A stretch of 64,000 bases of DNA from the human T2T-CHM13v2.0 reference genome, Homo sapiens. Position numbers and translations under genes: made by a program. The notes under the pieces were generated by a model that was given only the letters and a program-made list of their open reading frames with translations, was not told the origin of the DNA and did no database searches. Positions 1 through 14,028 of the stretch are shown here, in pieces. Position 1 is the stretch's first letter; every line of letters begins with the position of its first letter. The stretch lies in the NCBI RefSeq assembly GCF_009914755.1, contig NC_060931.1, one strand, 5' to 3'.

Positions 1-81
1 GTTTCCTTTAGGCTGGGCTTCACAGTCCTGATGTAGAGTCACCACAGCTCAGTTTGTTTTCTGAGACCTGAAGATTCAGAC

Positions 82-145
82 TTCATTTATTATCAAATAT
101 TTCATGAGTGCCAGCTGTGCAAGGCATTATGCTAAGCACCAGGGG
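82..145 (-). mobile_element. L2 LINE 3' end fragment
   Basis: ttcatttattatcaaatatttcatgagtgccagctgtgcaaggcattatgctaagc resembles the reverse-strand L2 3' terminus. Confidence 0.55.
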
Positions 146-218
146 AAAAGAATCACAATTTAACTTACTATTTTACAGAAAAATATGAGATTTATTAACA
201 AACAAAAATGCCAAGCTA

Positions 219-529
<311 letters not shown>

Positions 530-704
530 GGCAAGCTATGTATTTGCGATGAGAGATTTGCTTCAAAGCCAGCAACACATGACGTCTCTTTACCACGGCA
601 TACTTTTCAGGTATTAAGGAACTCATGGAGAGCCAAATTAATAATCAGGATATTGATGATAAAGATGAGATTTAAAGACCATGGAAGTTATTTTTAAAAA
701 CATG

Positions 705-1098
705 TTTTTATTTTTAAATGTGAAATAATTTGATTCACAGAATATCCTGAAAGTGGTTAGAGAGGTCTCGTGGACTTCTCACTTGATTTCCCTCAATAAT
801 TACATCTTATATAATTATAGTATAACAGCAAAACAAGGAATCTGGCATAGTTACAATGTGTGTGTATATAGAGTTGTATGTCATTTTAATACATGTGTAG
901 ATTTCTGTAACCATGACCACAATCAAAACACGGAGCTGTTCCATCAGGGCAAAGATCTCCTTCATGCTACCCCTTGAGAGCCACACCCACACCCACCCTC
1001 ATTCCTGATCCACGGCCATCATTAATTTGTCTTCCAGCTTTATAATTGTATCAATTCAAGGATGTTATATGAATGGAATCATACACTATGTGACCTTT
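705..1098 (-). mobile_element. Old L1 (L1MC-like) 3' UTR fragment
   Basis: Reverse L1M 3' motifs: tgtaaccatgaccacaatcaaaac, gttatatgaatggaatcatacactatgtgacc. Confidence 0.7.
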
Positions 1099-1099
1099 T

Positions 1100-3360
1100 T
1101 ACAAAAACAGCTTTATTGGGGTATTCACATACTGTAAAATTACCTTTTTATTAAAGTAGATAATCCACGGATTTTAGCACATTCACAGAATTGTGTAACC
1201 ATCACCACCATCTAATTTCAGGACATTTTCATAACTGCTAAAAGAAACACCATTGGCAGTCGCACCCTTCTTCCCTCCCCTTATCGCTGGTAACCTAATC
1301 TACTTTCTGTTTTTATGAATTTGCCTATTCTGAACATTTTATGTAAACAGAATTATTGAAAATGTGTACTTTTATGAGTGTCTTCTTTGACTTAGAACAA
1401 TGTTTTCAGTGTTCTTCCATGTTGTAGCATGTATCAGTACTTCATTCCTTTATATGGCTGAATAATATTCTGTTGTGTGGGTATACCACATTTTACTCAG
1501 CCATTTATCTGTTATAGGCATTTGTATTGTATCCAAATTTGGGCTACTATGAATAGTATGTCTATGTAAATTCATGTAGTCTTTTGTATGAGCATATGGT
1601 TTTCCAATGTTCTGAGTATGTACCTAAGAGTGGAATTACTGGGGCATATGATAACTCTATGTTGAACATTTTAAACAATGGCCAAAATATTTTCCAACGT
1701 GGCTGCGCCATTTTCCAAATCCACCAGCAATGTGTGAGGCTTTGAATTTCTTCATAACTTTGCCAACACTTCTTTATTTTTTTCCATCCCTCTCTTCCTT
1801 CTTCCCTTTCTTCTTTCTTCTTTTCATTTCTTTTTAATATAGCCATACTGGTGTATATGAAGTTGTATCTCACTGTAGTTTTTATTTGCATTACACTAAT
1901 GACAATGATGTTGAAAATCTTTTAAGGTATTATTGACGCGTTGTCTGCTTTGAAAAAAAGTCTATTCAAATCTTTTGTCCTTTTAAAAATTTGGTTATTT
2001 GTCTATTATTATTGAGTTATAAGAGTTCTTGAGAGCATCTGGAAAAATGTCTTGCAAATATTATCTTCCATTCTGTAAGTTTTCTTTTCATTTTCTTGAT
2101 TGTATTCTTTGACACACAAAAGTTTTTAGTTTTGATGAAGCACTAATTACCCATTTTTAAAAACATTATTACTTGTGCTTTTGGTATCATATCCAAGAAA
2201 CTATTGCCTAATCTGAGGACATGAAGATTTAGGAATATGTTTTATTCTAATAATTTAATGGTTTTACCATTTACAGTCAAGTCTCTAGTCCATTTTGAGT
2301 CTTTTTTTTGTATAGGGTATGAGGTAGGAGTCTAATTTCATTCTTTTGCACGTGAGTAACCAGTTGGCACAGCACCAGTTATTACAAAGACTGCTCTTTC
2401 CCCATTAAATTGTTCTGGCACCCTTGTTGAAAACCAATTCACTATAAATGTGAGGGTTTATTTTGTTTCATTAATTTATATATCTATCCTTTTGCCCATA
2501 CCACTCTGTCTTGATTACTGTAGCTCTGTTGTTAAGTTTTGAAATGAAGAAGTGTCTGTACCTCATTTTTCTTCTTTTTCAAGATTGTTTTGTTTTTTTC
2601 TAGGCCCCTTCCATTTCCACATGAATTTTTGGAAAACCTTGGCAATTTCTTGTAAGAATCCAGCTGGGATTTTGTTAGGAATTGCATTGAATATGCAATT
2701 TTCGTTCATACTGATGTCTTGTCAATATTAATTAAGTCTTCTGATCGATGAAGGTGATATGTTTTTCCATTTATTTATGTCTTCTTTAATTGCTTCCAAA
2801 AATGTTTTGCAATTTTTAGTAAGTAAGTCTTTCACTTCTTTAGTTAAATTTATACCTGAGTAATTTTTTCTTTTTGATACTATTGTAAATGAAATTTATT
2901 TCTTAATTTCATTTTTGAATTTTTTATTTTAATTGCTGTTACATAGAAATTAAATTAATTTTGTAGGTTAATCTTGTATCTTTCTATCATGCTAAACTCA
3001 CTTATTAGTTCCAGTAGCATTTTTTTTTTTTTCGATGTGAATTCCTTAGGATTTTTTAAATGTAAGCTCATGTTATCTTCCTATCCAATCTGGATGACTT
3101 TCTTTTCTTGTCTTTTTCTTTTCTTTTCTTATCTTTTTCTTTCTTGATCTCCCTGGATAGGACCTCCAGTAGAATGTTAAATAGCATTGGTGAGAGCAAA
3201 TATCCTTGTCTTGTTTCTGATTTAAGAAACAAAGCGTTCAATCTTTCACCATTAAGAATAAAGTTTACTGTGTTCTTTTCATGGGTACCTTTTATCAGGG
3301 TTAGAAGGTTCCTCTGTATTTTGAGTTGTTGAGTGTTTTTATCATAAAAGGGTGTTGGTT
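1100..3360 (-). mobile_element. L1MB-like LINE-1: 3' UTR and degraded ORF2 end
   Basis: Continuous antisense L1 motifs. The ORF-track peptide at 1562-1891 (MQIKTTVRY...YAPVIPLLG) resembles the L1 ORF2p C-terminus. Confidence 0.9.
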
Positions 3361-3630
3361 TCCTTTAGCTGTCTGAACATATTTATAATGACTGTTTTGA
3401 AGATTTTATCTGTTAAGTGTGATATTTGGGCCTAGTATTGATGTTCTTATTGAAATTTAGCAGATTTTACCTCTCTAAGCATGTCTTTCTTTGCTGTATG
3501 CTCTGAGGATGATTTATAGAAGTGTTACATGTTGTTTTTAATAATGATTTTCACCACTTATGGTTGATTTGCTGTAGAGTAGTTGGTCCATGAAGGTCCT
3601 CATGCTGTCATTCTGGAAGTTGCCACCCCT
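3361..3630 (-). mobile_element. Old L1M fragment (ORF1/5' region-like)
   Basis: tgaacatatttataatgactgttttgaagattttatctg resembles antisense L1M 5'/ORF1 sequence. Confidence 0.4.
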
Positions 3631-3639
3631 TCTACCCAT

Positions 3640-5285
3640 CCCGGTATATCTTAAATCTATATTGCTGTATGAAAGAAGCCAGCCACAAAAGGATGCATAT
3701 TATATAATTCCAATTATACACCATTATCTGAAAGGAAAAACTATGGAGTCAGAAAACAGAATAGTGGTTGCTGATGCTTGAGAATGGAGGTAGGCGGTGA
3801 TTACAGAAGGGTAGCACAAGAGAATTTGGCGGGAGATTGAACTCTTCTATATGGTACTGTGGTGGTGGACACAGAACTTTATGCACTTATCAAAATTCAC
3901 TCAAGCCTACAGTATAAATAGTATATATATGAAGAAAAAATCAACCGGGATACCAAGAGAACCCAAGATGGAATCCAGAATGTGACAAATGAATGACCAC
4001 ACTGAAATGGGTAGGGAAGAAAGAGCTGATTGCAGTAGCCTTGAAACCAGTTATTTTGACCAGAGCCTGTAAGGCCAAGCACAATGATTATTACATCCAA
4101 ACAATGTCTTCCAATTGGTAAATTTGTTTTTCAAATGGGTATGGGCTAACAGTTATGAGACTATTTTATCTGTATACTAGGTTTGAACACATAAGCAAAT
4201 ATATTTTAGATAATGAAAGCCAGATTACTTATGTTGTAGAAAGATGTCATTAATAAACCAAGTGGGAATAATAGAATGAACCAATGTCAACTCAGATGTT
4301 GTTTTTAAAATGCAAACAGATACTTAGATGCAGAAATAAATATAGATATGTTATGCATGCATTAATTAGTATTCATATATATGATGTTCTAGAAGCAGTT
4401 GTATCCCAGATGTCAGGAACTTATGTAGCTCCCAGATCTTGTTTTCCAAATATTCTTTTCCTATTTAAAAGTATCAGAGCTTCTTAGAGTAGTGGTTGAT
4501 TCCAGGGTGGGTACAGGAAACCATCTAAAATATGTCTGAAAGTCTAGTGGTGCCAGAAAAGTCAAAAATATATAGGAGCTAACCAAAAAGAACTCCCAAT
4601 GGCCAAAGTTAGATCAAATTTCACAAAAGATAATCCAAATGACAATAAATAGACCAGAATTATTTGAGTTACAACTCAAAAGAATAAAATAAATATTCAT
4701 GATATAATAAATGCTTAAATAAATAAATTAGGGAATAAGGGAATATAATAAGTTTTCTTTATAAAAGTTTTCCAGTTAACAAATGCACCTTAACTCTGTG
4801 TGCTTGGTAACTTCTCCAGAAATAAGACACCAATATCATGTATTCCTGGATATAATTTGCAACAAAGGGCACACCACTTTTGCGATAGTATCTCCAAAAG
4901 TCCATAACCTCAATCTAATCGTGAGAAAACATCGGACAAACAAATTGAAGTGCATTCCATAAAATATCTGTTCACAAATGCCATCTCCATGAATGACAAG
5001 GAAAGACTGAGTAACTGTCCTAGAATGAACTAAATTCCAAATGTGATCCTGAGTTAGATCCTGGTACAGGATAAGGACATTAGTAAAACAGGGTGGAATC
5101 TGAATAAAGTCTTTAGTTTAGTTAATAGCATTTTGCCAATATGAGTTTCTTAGTTTTGGCAATTGTACCATGGTTATGTGAGATGCTTGCATTAGAGGAA
5201 GCTAGCTAGAGTACATAGGAACCCTTTGTAGTATGTTTTCAACTCTTCTGTGTGTCTGCAATTATTTCTAAATAAATAATTTTAA
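3640..5285 (+). mobile_element. L1MC/L1MD-like long 3' UTR
   Basis: gaaagaagccagccacaaaagg...gaatagtggttgc at the start; ends gtaccatggttatgtgagatg...caactcttctgtgtgtctgcaattatttctaaataa. Confidence 0.8.
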
Positions 5286-6149
5286 TAAATAAAATATTCA
5301 GTGAAACAACACTGCATAAGAGATGGCACAGAATGCTGTATGTTCAGTAGACACAGAAAATTCTTGGCGCCAAGAAGAGAAAGGATTGAGAAAATTTTGA
5401 CATTATATGTCTGAATTAAATCTCTGAAATAAATTGCCAGGAGAATAGAAAGTATAATAAACATTTTAATGGGCCAATGTATAAAAGATAAGACAAGCTG
5501 TTGATATATTTTATTAGCTCACAATTACAAACAAAGAAATCTTATATTAAGTTAATAATTAATAAAAATTACTTTTCCTTCCAGTAGGAGAAACCTATAT
5601 TGCAAAGACAGATTCAGTGTGAAACTCTAATGGAGAATTAGGATAATTCAGATAGATAATAAAATAGATAATTTAGAAAGGTGTCCAACAGACTCAAATT
5701 TGTTGAAGCACTCATTTCAACTGCTCATTTATTCCAGATACTGAGTAAATGATAGAGTTACCAATAGCAAGTGGTTCTGTTATATCATATTATGCTTTGG
5801 AATTTGGACTATTTTAAAAAGAAGGTGGATAGCTTCTAAATTCAAAGTTTGAAAGACTATGGAAATAGACAATGGGAAACTGGCTTTACTTATTACAGAC
5901 AGAAAGAAAAATCCGACTTAAGAGTTGACGATCAATTCATACTTAGGACATACTAATACCAAGTTTCTTAGACAAACGGAATAAAAACAAAACACTAAAA
6001 GGACACATGGTATCCTTACAATACTAGAATTTTGATAGTTTTCAACAAATAGCATTGAATATTATTAGAAAAGCTAAAGATGGGACAGGTTAAATAAATT
6101 CTGGTGTCTATTAAACTTTGGAGGGGTTTTTGTGGTTTTCTAAGAGTTT

Positions 6150-6310
6150 TGGTCAGAAAATCTGGCTTTTAGTACTGTAATCTAGAGTAAGTCTGCCCTT
6201 GAAGCTTAGCTTCATGGTTTATGAAGTGGTGCAAATATCTATCTCCCAAGGTTATCTTAACATCAAGAGAAATAATGGATATGAAAGAACTCTGTTAATG
6301 TATTAGTCAT
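6150..6310 (+). mobile_element. MIR fragment
   Basis: Degenerate MIR core and 3' part (aagagaaataatggatatgaaagaactctg). Confidence 0.5.
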
Positions 6311-6880
6311 TATATTTTAAGCGAAACTTCTACCTTCAGAGGAGCCCACAGAATGCTACAACACAGGTTGTAGCACTCTGTACAATTAGCACTCTTTCAA
6401 GGCATTTGCTACAATAGGAGGAAGAAAAGTACAATTTCTTGGCCTTGACAAACCACATTCGAGGTGAGAGATTTGCCACTCTGTCTTCTCACTTCTGTTA
6501 TACTTCTGGTTCATGGACACAAGTGACCCAGGTAAAATGACTTGAATAAGCATTTCAATTAAAAAAATAATAAATTGGCAGCACATCCATGTGCCTCTGT
6601 AGAGTGTCTGAAGGACGTGTTTATTGCTGCAATTTAGGTGGCAGAACAAAGAATGGAGATATTTAAAGGGGACACATTTTCTTGTATTTATCCTTCAGAT
6701 TGTCAGGTATACTTTCTAATATTGTTTCTAAAATAATATTTCAACTCAAAACTAGTAAATAATTTTATTGCAAATGTGGTTAAAGGATTTAAAATACCTG
6801 TAATTCTCATACACTGGGGAATACAGGTGAAAACACTAGATTATAGGAAATATGATAAAAGGAAAACTAGATATTGTCAG

Positions 6881-7180
6881 TGATATGGTTTGGATCTGTG
6901 TCCCCAGCTAAACCTCATGTTCAGTTTGAATCCCCGGTGTTGTAAATGGGGCCTGGTGGGAGGTGATTGGCTCATGGGGGCGGATTCACATTAATGGTTT
7001 AGTGCCATCCCCGTGTGATGCTGTTCTCATGATAGTGAGTGAGTTCTCACAAGATGTGTTTTTTGTTTTATTTTTTTAAATGTGTAGTACAGTGCTTTCC
7101 CTGCCTATCTTTCTTGCTCCTGCTCCAGTCATGTGAAGTGCTGGCTCTGCCTTCACCTTTCCACATGATTATAATTTTCC
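6881..7180 (+). mobile_element. MST-type MaLR LTR (MSTA-like), 3'-truncated
   Basis: tgatatggtttggatctgtgtcccc start, ggtgggaggtgattggctcatgggggcgg, gttctcatgatagtgagtgagttctcac; breaks off after catgattataattttcc. Confidence 0.85.
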
Positions 7181-7710
7181 CTTTCTAATGGAAAATTGGG
7201 CTACACAATGGAGGCAGGGCGTTCTCTTGGAAGTCTCTTAGTACTTCCGTGTTAAATAGTAGTAAGGATTCAGACACTTCAAGAAAGAAGGCATAGGTTA
7301 CTGACCAGTGAAGTCTTGGCTGATGTTAGGAGAAACAGGGAATAGTGAAAGAAGGAAGTTATAAACAGTAGTGACAGCCTCATGAACGGTTGCATAAATA
7401 AAGACTGTAGCAGCTATGCCTATTTTATTCTTTTATATCTCTTCGTTTTTTTCTCATTTTATTTTTTTTAGAGATTAACTTTTCATGTAGTACTAGGTAA
7501 GAAAATTCAAATGAGACAGTGTCTGAAATTGGGGAATAATGTAGTATAGGGATGAATACTATGATTGCTGGGATTTTGTGTCTACTCACTTTGAAGAGAT
7601 AGTGTCTTCATTTGCGCTAATAATAGTTGCATCTTTGTTAAGTGGAAACATAGATTGGTGGTGCTGGTATTATATGAAAGAATATATTTAGATGTGAGTT
7701 CACCAAAGCT
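7181..7710 (+). mobile_element. ERVL internal region, 3' end
   Basis: Resembles the remembered ERVL-int 3' end (gttgcatctttgttaagtggaaacat...) and lies directly before an ERVL-type LTR. Confidence 0.45.
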
Positions 7711-8370
7711 ATACCAACTACTAAGTTGTTTCTCGGCTGGATATTTACTCTTCTATATTCTGTTTTGTGATGTTGGACCTGGGATTCTATAAACCACATT
7801 TCTGCTTTGCAACCTGACTTCATGTTTGAATTTTACAGAGAAGAGACATTAGAGGGAATTGGCAAGGTAGGAAGAGGATGAAAAGACTTCCCCTTTTCTG
7901 TTTTTCTGCTTTCTGTTCATGGACTTCATTTTGTCTATGGTTCCAATAGTCATCACCCTAGTAACACTTGTTCACCTTGGCAGCAGCAGTTCTTTCATGT
8001 ACCAGCAACTAATTCAAACTTGTAGTTTCTCTAACACTTGCAAATTAATTTCAAAATGTACTGTCTCAGAGAAACCAACTCTAACTGGGCAACCCGTCCT
8101 CCTTAGAGAGGTCTGAGTTTTAGCTTCAAAAGCCCTTTCTCTAAGTTTCTAAGTTATTAATTCTAATGTTTTCCATTGTTTATCCCCAGCCATAGGGGTG
8201 ATAACTACTTACACTAGTTGCTACCATTGTAATATCTTAGAGTTCTCTTTTTATCCTTACAGTTACCTGGTTAACAACTTAATTTTTTTACTAAATTATT
8301 CTATCATACTATCCCTGAAAAGAGAAACGATGTGTTTTCTGTCTCCTCACTTGACCCATCCTGATATTGA
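7711..8370 (+). mobile_element. ERVL LTR (LTR41/LTR52-like)
   Basis: gggattctataaaccacattttctgctttgc...tagagggaattggcaagg; terminal gtgttttctgtctcctcacttgaccc...ctgata. Confidence 0.55.
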
Positions 8371-9269
8371 ATGTGCAAGAAAGAAATGTTAATTTGGAGA
8401 AAAAATTTTGTAGGAAATATGTAATGTATAATAAAGGAAAACATCTCATAAATATTTTAGATTTTCCATCCAGGCAGTAGCTAGACTGAGTTCTTCTTTT
8501 TCCTCTTAGTTTTAACTGTTGAGTAGACCTGTTTGCAGTTGCTATACGAATAACCCACAAATTGCAGATATAATACAAAATGTTTGTCCCATGTGCATAT
8601 TGACAAGTCATTTTCTGCCTCTTGTTGAGGGTTTCACGCTGCTATTATAGGTGAGGCTCTTAAGAAATTTCAACTGACAAATATTTTGCTAACTTTCCAA
8701 AAAATTTTAGAATTCAGTCTGTTACAAAAAATACATTTTATGCATAAAAGCTTTATAATATGTAATTAATGTTTGCCAAATTATTGAATGAAGCTGACAA
8801 AATATGGGAAGTGAATATCCCTTTTGATTCATATATTATTAACAGGTAATTTTACGATAGTGTCAATGGAATTAAGAAAGACATGAAGAAAGTCCTTATA
8901 GCAAAGACTGAGATATTTAGGGAAAAGTGGTAAGTCCCTTTCAACCAAGAATATTGGTGGATATTATTCTTTTTTATATGATATTATTGGATATTAGTGG
9001 ATATTATTATTTCTTATATCAAAATCCCCCAAATGAATTTTATCTAACATGCAGGCATTTATGATATCTAAAGATTTATGAAGCCAGACTATCAGCAGAT
9101 ACAATGAAATTATGTATAATTCAAATAATTAGAAAGTCTTATGGCTTGACATTTAATATCTATCTTAAGAATTTTAATATGTAAATGTACCTGTTTTCTC
9201 CATGGAAAAGACTATGATGTCAAAGGCAAGAGGATATCTTAGTATTTTTATAACCTGATGAGTGTCTGA

Positions 9270-9490
9270 TTTTATTAGTTTTCTATGATTGCTAGAAAAA
9301 ACTTCCACATAGTGGCTTAAACTAACACAAATTTATTCTAGTTCTGGATATCTGAAGTCTAAAATAGGTCTCACCGGGCTAAAATCATGATGTTGACAAT
9401 GTTAAGGTCCCATTGAAGGTTCTAGGGGAGGATCTACTTCTTTGCCTTTTCCACCTTCTAAAAACTGCCCACATTCCTTGGCTTATGGCC
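9270..9490 (-). mobile_element. MLT1 MaLR LTR fragment
   Basis: agtggcttaaactaacacaaatttattctagttctgg...ccacattccttggcttatggcc. Confidence 0.8.
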
Positions 9491-9544
9491 TAGTTGAAAA
9501 AGAGCTCTGAGAATCCTAGTAAAGGAGAAAATCATTATCAAGAT

Positions 9545-10540
9545 AAATCCCATGCATGCATGGATTGTTTGCTGGACTTTTTGTTCTGTTTACTAACCAG
9601 TCTATATATTTCTGGAGTAATTTCTTGCTAGTTTTTAACTACTGTGGCTACATAGTACAGTAGTAGGCCAAATTTTCTCTCAATTTTTTTCTTTTAAAAC
9701 AAATGTTCTTGCTGATTTCATGGATCTATTATATATAGATTTTAGAATCACATGAGAGGATTTCATCTAATTCATAGATTAATTTGGGGGCAAATTTATA
9801 GTTTCATAATATTGAATCTTTCTATAGTAGCATGGTATTTCTCTAGGATTTAAGCCTTCTTACGTTTATGGTAAGGTTGGCAGTTAAAAAAAATGTTTTG
9901 CACATTTACTTTACCCTTGTCCTTAGTTAGTTTATTAGTATTATTTGTTTTCCGAATGAGATCTTTAAGAGTTTTATCTTCTAATTTGTGATTGCTAGCT
10001 ACTGATTTTATATGTTGATATTGTTTCCAACTGGCTTAGTAAACTCATATTTATTTTAATAATTTCCCAAATGTTTTGCTGGACATCAGATTGTTGGCAA
10101 AGAATGCCTGTTTTTTAAATATGCCATATATCTGATGTCTTTTTGCTAGGACATCTTGTGTTTGCTAGGACCTACTTTTAGTCCTAAGTGATTTCTTATG
10201 ATCTTCCAAATCATTAATTGAATCTTTATTCTCATCCATCTTGCTAGTTTGCTCGTGTATTTATTTTTAAAAACATTTGACCACAATGCTTTTAATTTCC
10301 AGAAATGTTAATTATTTGTCTCCCTCCAATTCTTTCTGTTCTTCCTCCTCTTCTTCTTTGCTTTTTTCTGAACATTGTTTTTAAGGGAATGCTGTATTTC
10401 TTCAGCTTTATTGATTATAATTATAAGAATTCTGTTAAAATTTCTTTCTGTTTCTTTCAGAAATTTTAAGGGATTAGTTCAGATTTCTATGGGATTAGTT
10501 CTATTTGTAGGATATTGTCACATTATTGGCTTCCGTAGTT
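9545..10540 (-). mobile_element. Degraded L1M (L1ME-like) fragments
   Basis: Antisense L1 motifs: atagattaatttgggg, gctactgattttatatgttgatattgtttccaac, tttgctaggac. Confidence 0.6.
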
Positions 10541-11059
10541 TTTTAATAGTTACATTTGAAGGATTCAATTGAGAAGCTTTGGTAGTTGGAGGGCTGTTTC
10601 ATAAATGCAAAGAGGAATTCCTATTCTTTCAGCAATGATTTGTGGCTGTGTCCCAGGAAGGATGACCAAGGTGGTGGTGTGGTAGAGAGTGGAGGGGCAT
10701 GTGTACTTCACCCCTACACTGTGAGCCTCTGGGGCAGAAGCCTTTTTCCTTCATTAATATGTTTATCTTTGGCTTCTGGAATAGCACTAGCTCAATATTT
10801 AATTCAAATGCTTCTATACAGGTTAAGCAAAGACCTTTGTTAAACTGTTAAACATTCATTATTTTGTCCTAACAGTTGTAAATTCAATATAACAGAATAA
10901 TGAAATTAGAGGCACTGATCTATAATTAAATCCTGGAGAGTAAGCAAGCTTTAATTTATTCTCTGCTTTAATGCCTATTCTCACGTTGGCATTTTGCATC
11001 AATCACTGTTTGTCCAAAGATTTGGAGAGGGATGAAGAAGAGTTACTGGAATGAACATT

Positions 11060-11520
11060 CGTGACATGTTTTTAAGATAGTGAATATAGAACTGTGATTG
11101 GAGTGTAGGGTTCACATAAGGAAAGAGCCGGAGATAAAGTTGTAGCCAAGCTGTGAAGATGTTTATATTTATGTCTTAGGAGTTTGGACCCTGTCAGTAA
11201 TGAAGTATTGATGGGTTTTGTGCAAGAAAACATTGTGAGGAAAGTGTCTGTATTTGACAGTGGTGTCATGAGAAGTATAAAGGAAAAGGATTAAGAGATT
11301 GTTCAGTAATCTAGGATGAGAGGGTGAGGGCCTGAGATAGTGTGAAGGAAGTTGGAATGGAAAGAAAGTGACATTTAGAAGAATCTGAACATAATAACTT
11401 TACGATCCGGTGATTTCTTGGATGAGAGAGAGAGAAAATATGAATACTTAACAAGCATAAGGGTTTTAAGCCTGGGTTACTGAAAAAGAAGTGATAGAGT
11501 TATAGAACTAAATAAAGGGA
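11060..11520 (-). mobile_element. L2 fragment
   Basis: Purine-rich L2 motifs: aggagtttggac, gagattgttcagtaatctaggatgagagggtgagggcctgag. Confidence 0.65.
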
Positions 11521-12059
11521 TCAAAAAGAAGTGCTTGATACTGATTTTCTGGTTTAGCTGTCATTTAAATACTTAGACACAATCATGTTTTATATTTTGA
11601 ACTCTTTTATGCTTTCTGTGCACTGACATCAAGAATATCCATTAATTACATAAGGGAGCAGAGGTGCAGAAGACGGTGTTTGCGTTATGTGCTGGTCAGA
11701 CTTGGGGACAATCTGGCTGCACTATCTGCCATCCATCTTGTCTCCAAGGCTATTAAGTGCATCTGCCTCGCTGGACTCACTCCAGCTCCCAAGAATGGAA
11801 CTAATTCAGAAGTTGACTCATGAATATACAGTTACCTGTCAGTCTTTCAGGAAAAGTTTTATGAAGATTTTTACTGTTAAATGTTGCTTTAAAGGTATGC
11901 AAAAATCCTCTTTTGAGGCTTCCTAGGGTTTTTGCCTCTGTTGCCATTGATAGATGTGCATTCAGGAAATTCACTCTTCTCATAATAGCATTGTTTTTTC
12001 TTTGTTAATTCTTTTCATTGTGCCCTGTCAAACGAATGAGTTGCATTGACTTGGTATAT

Positions 12060-12150
12060 ATAGGGTTGCCATAAGGATTAAGTAGGAGAATATAAGTAAT
12101 ATGCCATGAAGAATGCTTTGCTCAGTTAGCCCTCAATAGCTGTTAACTGT
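12060..12150 (+). mobile_element. MIR 3' fragment
   Basis: atagggttgccataaggattaagt...cctcaatagctgttaactg. Confidence 0.55.
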
Positions 12151-12224
12151 TTTCACCATCAGGATTCACAGTTTCAAGGACTTCTCTACTTGTTACTGAT
12201 CGTGCTGTGACATTTAAGGCAATG

Positions 12225-12405
12225 TACTTCATACTTTAATATGCATTAAAATAATCTTTAGGGTTTATTAAAACACAGATTACTGGACCTCACTCCCAGA
12301 GTTTCTTATTCAGTTGGTCTTGGTTGGGGCTTGAGAATGTGTATCTCTAAACGTTCCCAGTGACGTTGATGCTGCTGTTTGGGATCAAACGTTGAGAACC
12401 AGTGG
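12225..12405. mobile_element. MER5A-like hAT-Charlie MITE
   Basis: aaaacacagattactggacctcactcccagagtttcttattcagttggtct...ttgagaaccagtg. Confidence 0.8.
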
Positions 12406-13763
12406 TTTGGGAGGGATTGGTTGGGGGAAAATTTTTGTTTATAATGGAGTCAATCACTTTACAGTTAAGAATCCTCCTCTTCTGTCTGCACATTCTGAAC
12501 CTAGTCTGCTGTGCTCTTTGTTTTTGGAAGCAGCAGAAACCAGTCAGCAGGTGACAAATTTCATTATTCTACTTTCTTCGAATTTTTCCAGAGAGTCCTA
12601 AGTATACCACTGTTAGTGCTGGCACTTTTCTGTTATTTTAAGGATTTGTTGGTTTTTCCAAGGTGGTTTTCCCTTGATGCCAGAAGATGTGAATAAAAAC
12701 ATTATGATGATGTTCGGGTCTATCTTGCTATTTGATATATGGTGGAATTTTTCACTTAATACTAATTTTTTAAGCCATACTTTTCTTTCTTACTTTTTTT
12801 TCAGTTCTCATTTAATTAGAGTTACAAATGGCATCGCTTATAAACATACTTATTGTAAGCACAGCAATGTGGCTTTCAGTATCTTTGTAATGAAAGTTTA
12901 AACTACTTGGAACTCTAGCTTACATTCCTTTAAGTCTTTATGATCTAAATATTCTTTTCCATGATGCCAAAAAGGTTCTGTGTGATCATCTAAAGTTTGA
13001 AATTCTTTTTCAAATCAAAGGCACTGCCAAACTCAGAAGCAACTGTGTGAAGAAAATGTGTGGAAACACCACTCATTACAGGTTGGTTTATAAAAAGAGT
13101 TGCAGATTGATAGGTCTTTGAAAAATGTTTGGTGACACAAAACTCTTTCAATCAGTTCCAAATCTGGCAACTCTCTTGTTGCATTAGATTCTTTTTCCTT
13201 CACTTTTCTTCTCTTTCTAACAGAGACAGACACATCCCTTTTCCTGTGTCCCATTTTAGATGACTGATGGAAAAGTAAACACCAAATATGAGCATGTGGG
13301 GATGGTTTATTTCTTTTTACATTGACTAGAAGGCAGTGTTGAAAGGGAGACACTGCTGTCATTTCACAATGTAGGAAATTTAGAAAAGGTGTTAGAGCTG
13401 TTTTAAATAATTTCTATTTTTGGATTATGCCATTCATGAGGGTATGTAGTCTTTCCTTTATAGAAGAAATTTGTTTAAAGTATATCTGAGATCTCTTGGT
13501 GACAAATAAACAGTGTGTTCAAAAGAAACCCTGTAATTTTTTCATTAGATGATTCATGCTTAAAAATGTCAAATGATCAGAAATGAAAGACCCAATGATC
13601 AGGTCATTAGAAACATATGGTTCTGGGAATTATTATGCATGCCAACTCTAAATATGGAATCTCAGTCCATTCTTTTGTCCTTACAAAGATAGCAGAGGCT
13701 TTTATGCCTAGTTTTTTTCTTTTTACATTTTAAACTCAGTGCCCTTGCATTTCCTTTACCTAT

Positions 13764-14028
13764 GAGGTAGTACAGCCTAGTGGATAGATATAAGTACAAC
13801 AGGATGAGTTTGCCTGAGTTCAAATTCTGACTCTACTTATGCATGGAGTGATGTTGAGAAAGCAGCTTAGCCTTTCTGTGCCTTCATTTCCTAATTTGTA
13901 AAATGAAGATAATAAGTATACTTACCTTGAAAGACTACAGTGAAGATTGAATGAAATCATACCTGCAATGCCCTTAGAACAATTCTTGGTACATAATAGA
14001 TGCTCAATCAGTGTTGGCTTTTATTATT
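13764..14028 (+). mobile_element. MIR, near full length
   Basis: gagttcaaattctgactctac, ctttctgtgccttcatttcctaatttgtaaaatgaagataata, tgctcaatcagtgttggcttttattatt. Confidence 0.85.

Noticed and set aside
1562-1891. 109-aa ORF resembling L1 ORF2p
   Set aside because: It is a degraded LINE-1 remnant, not a gene; the same applies to 43638-44045.
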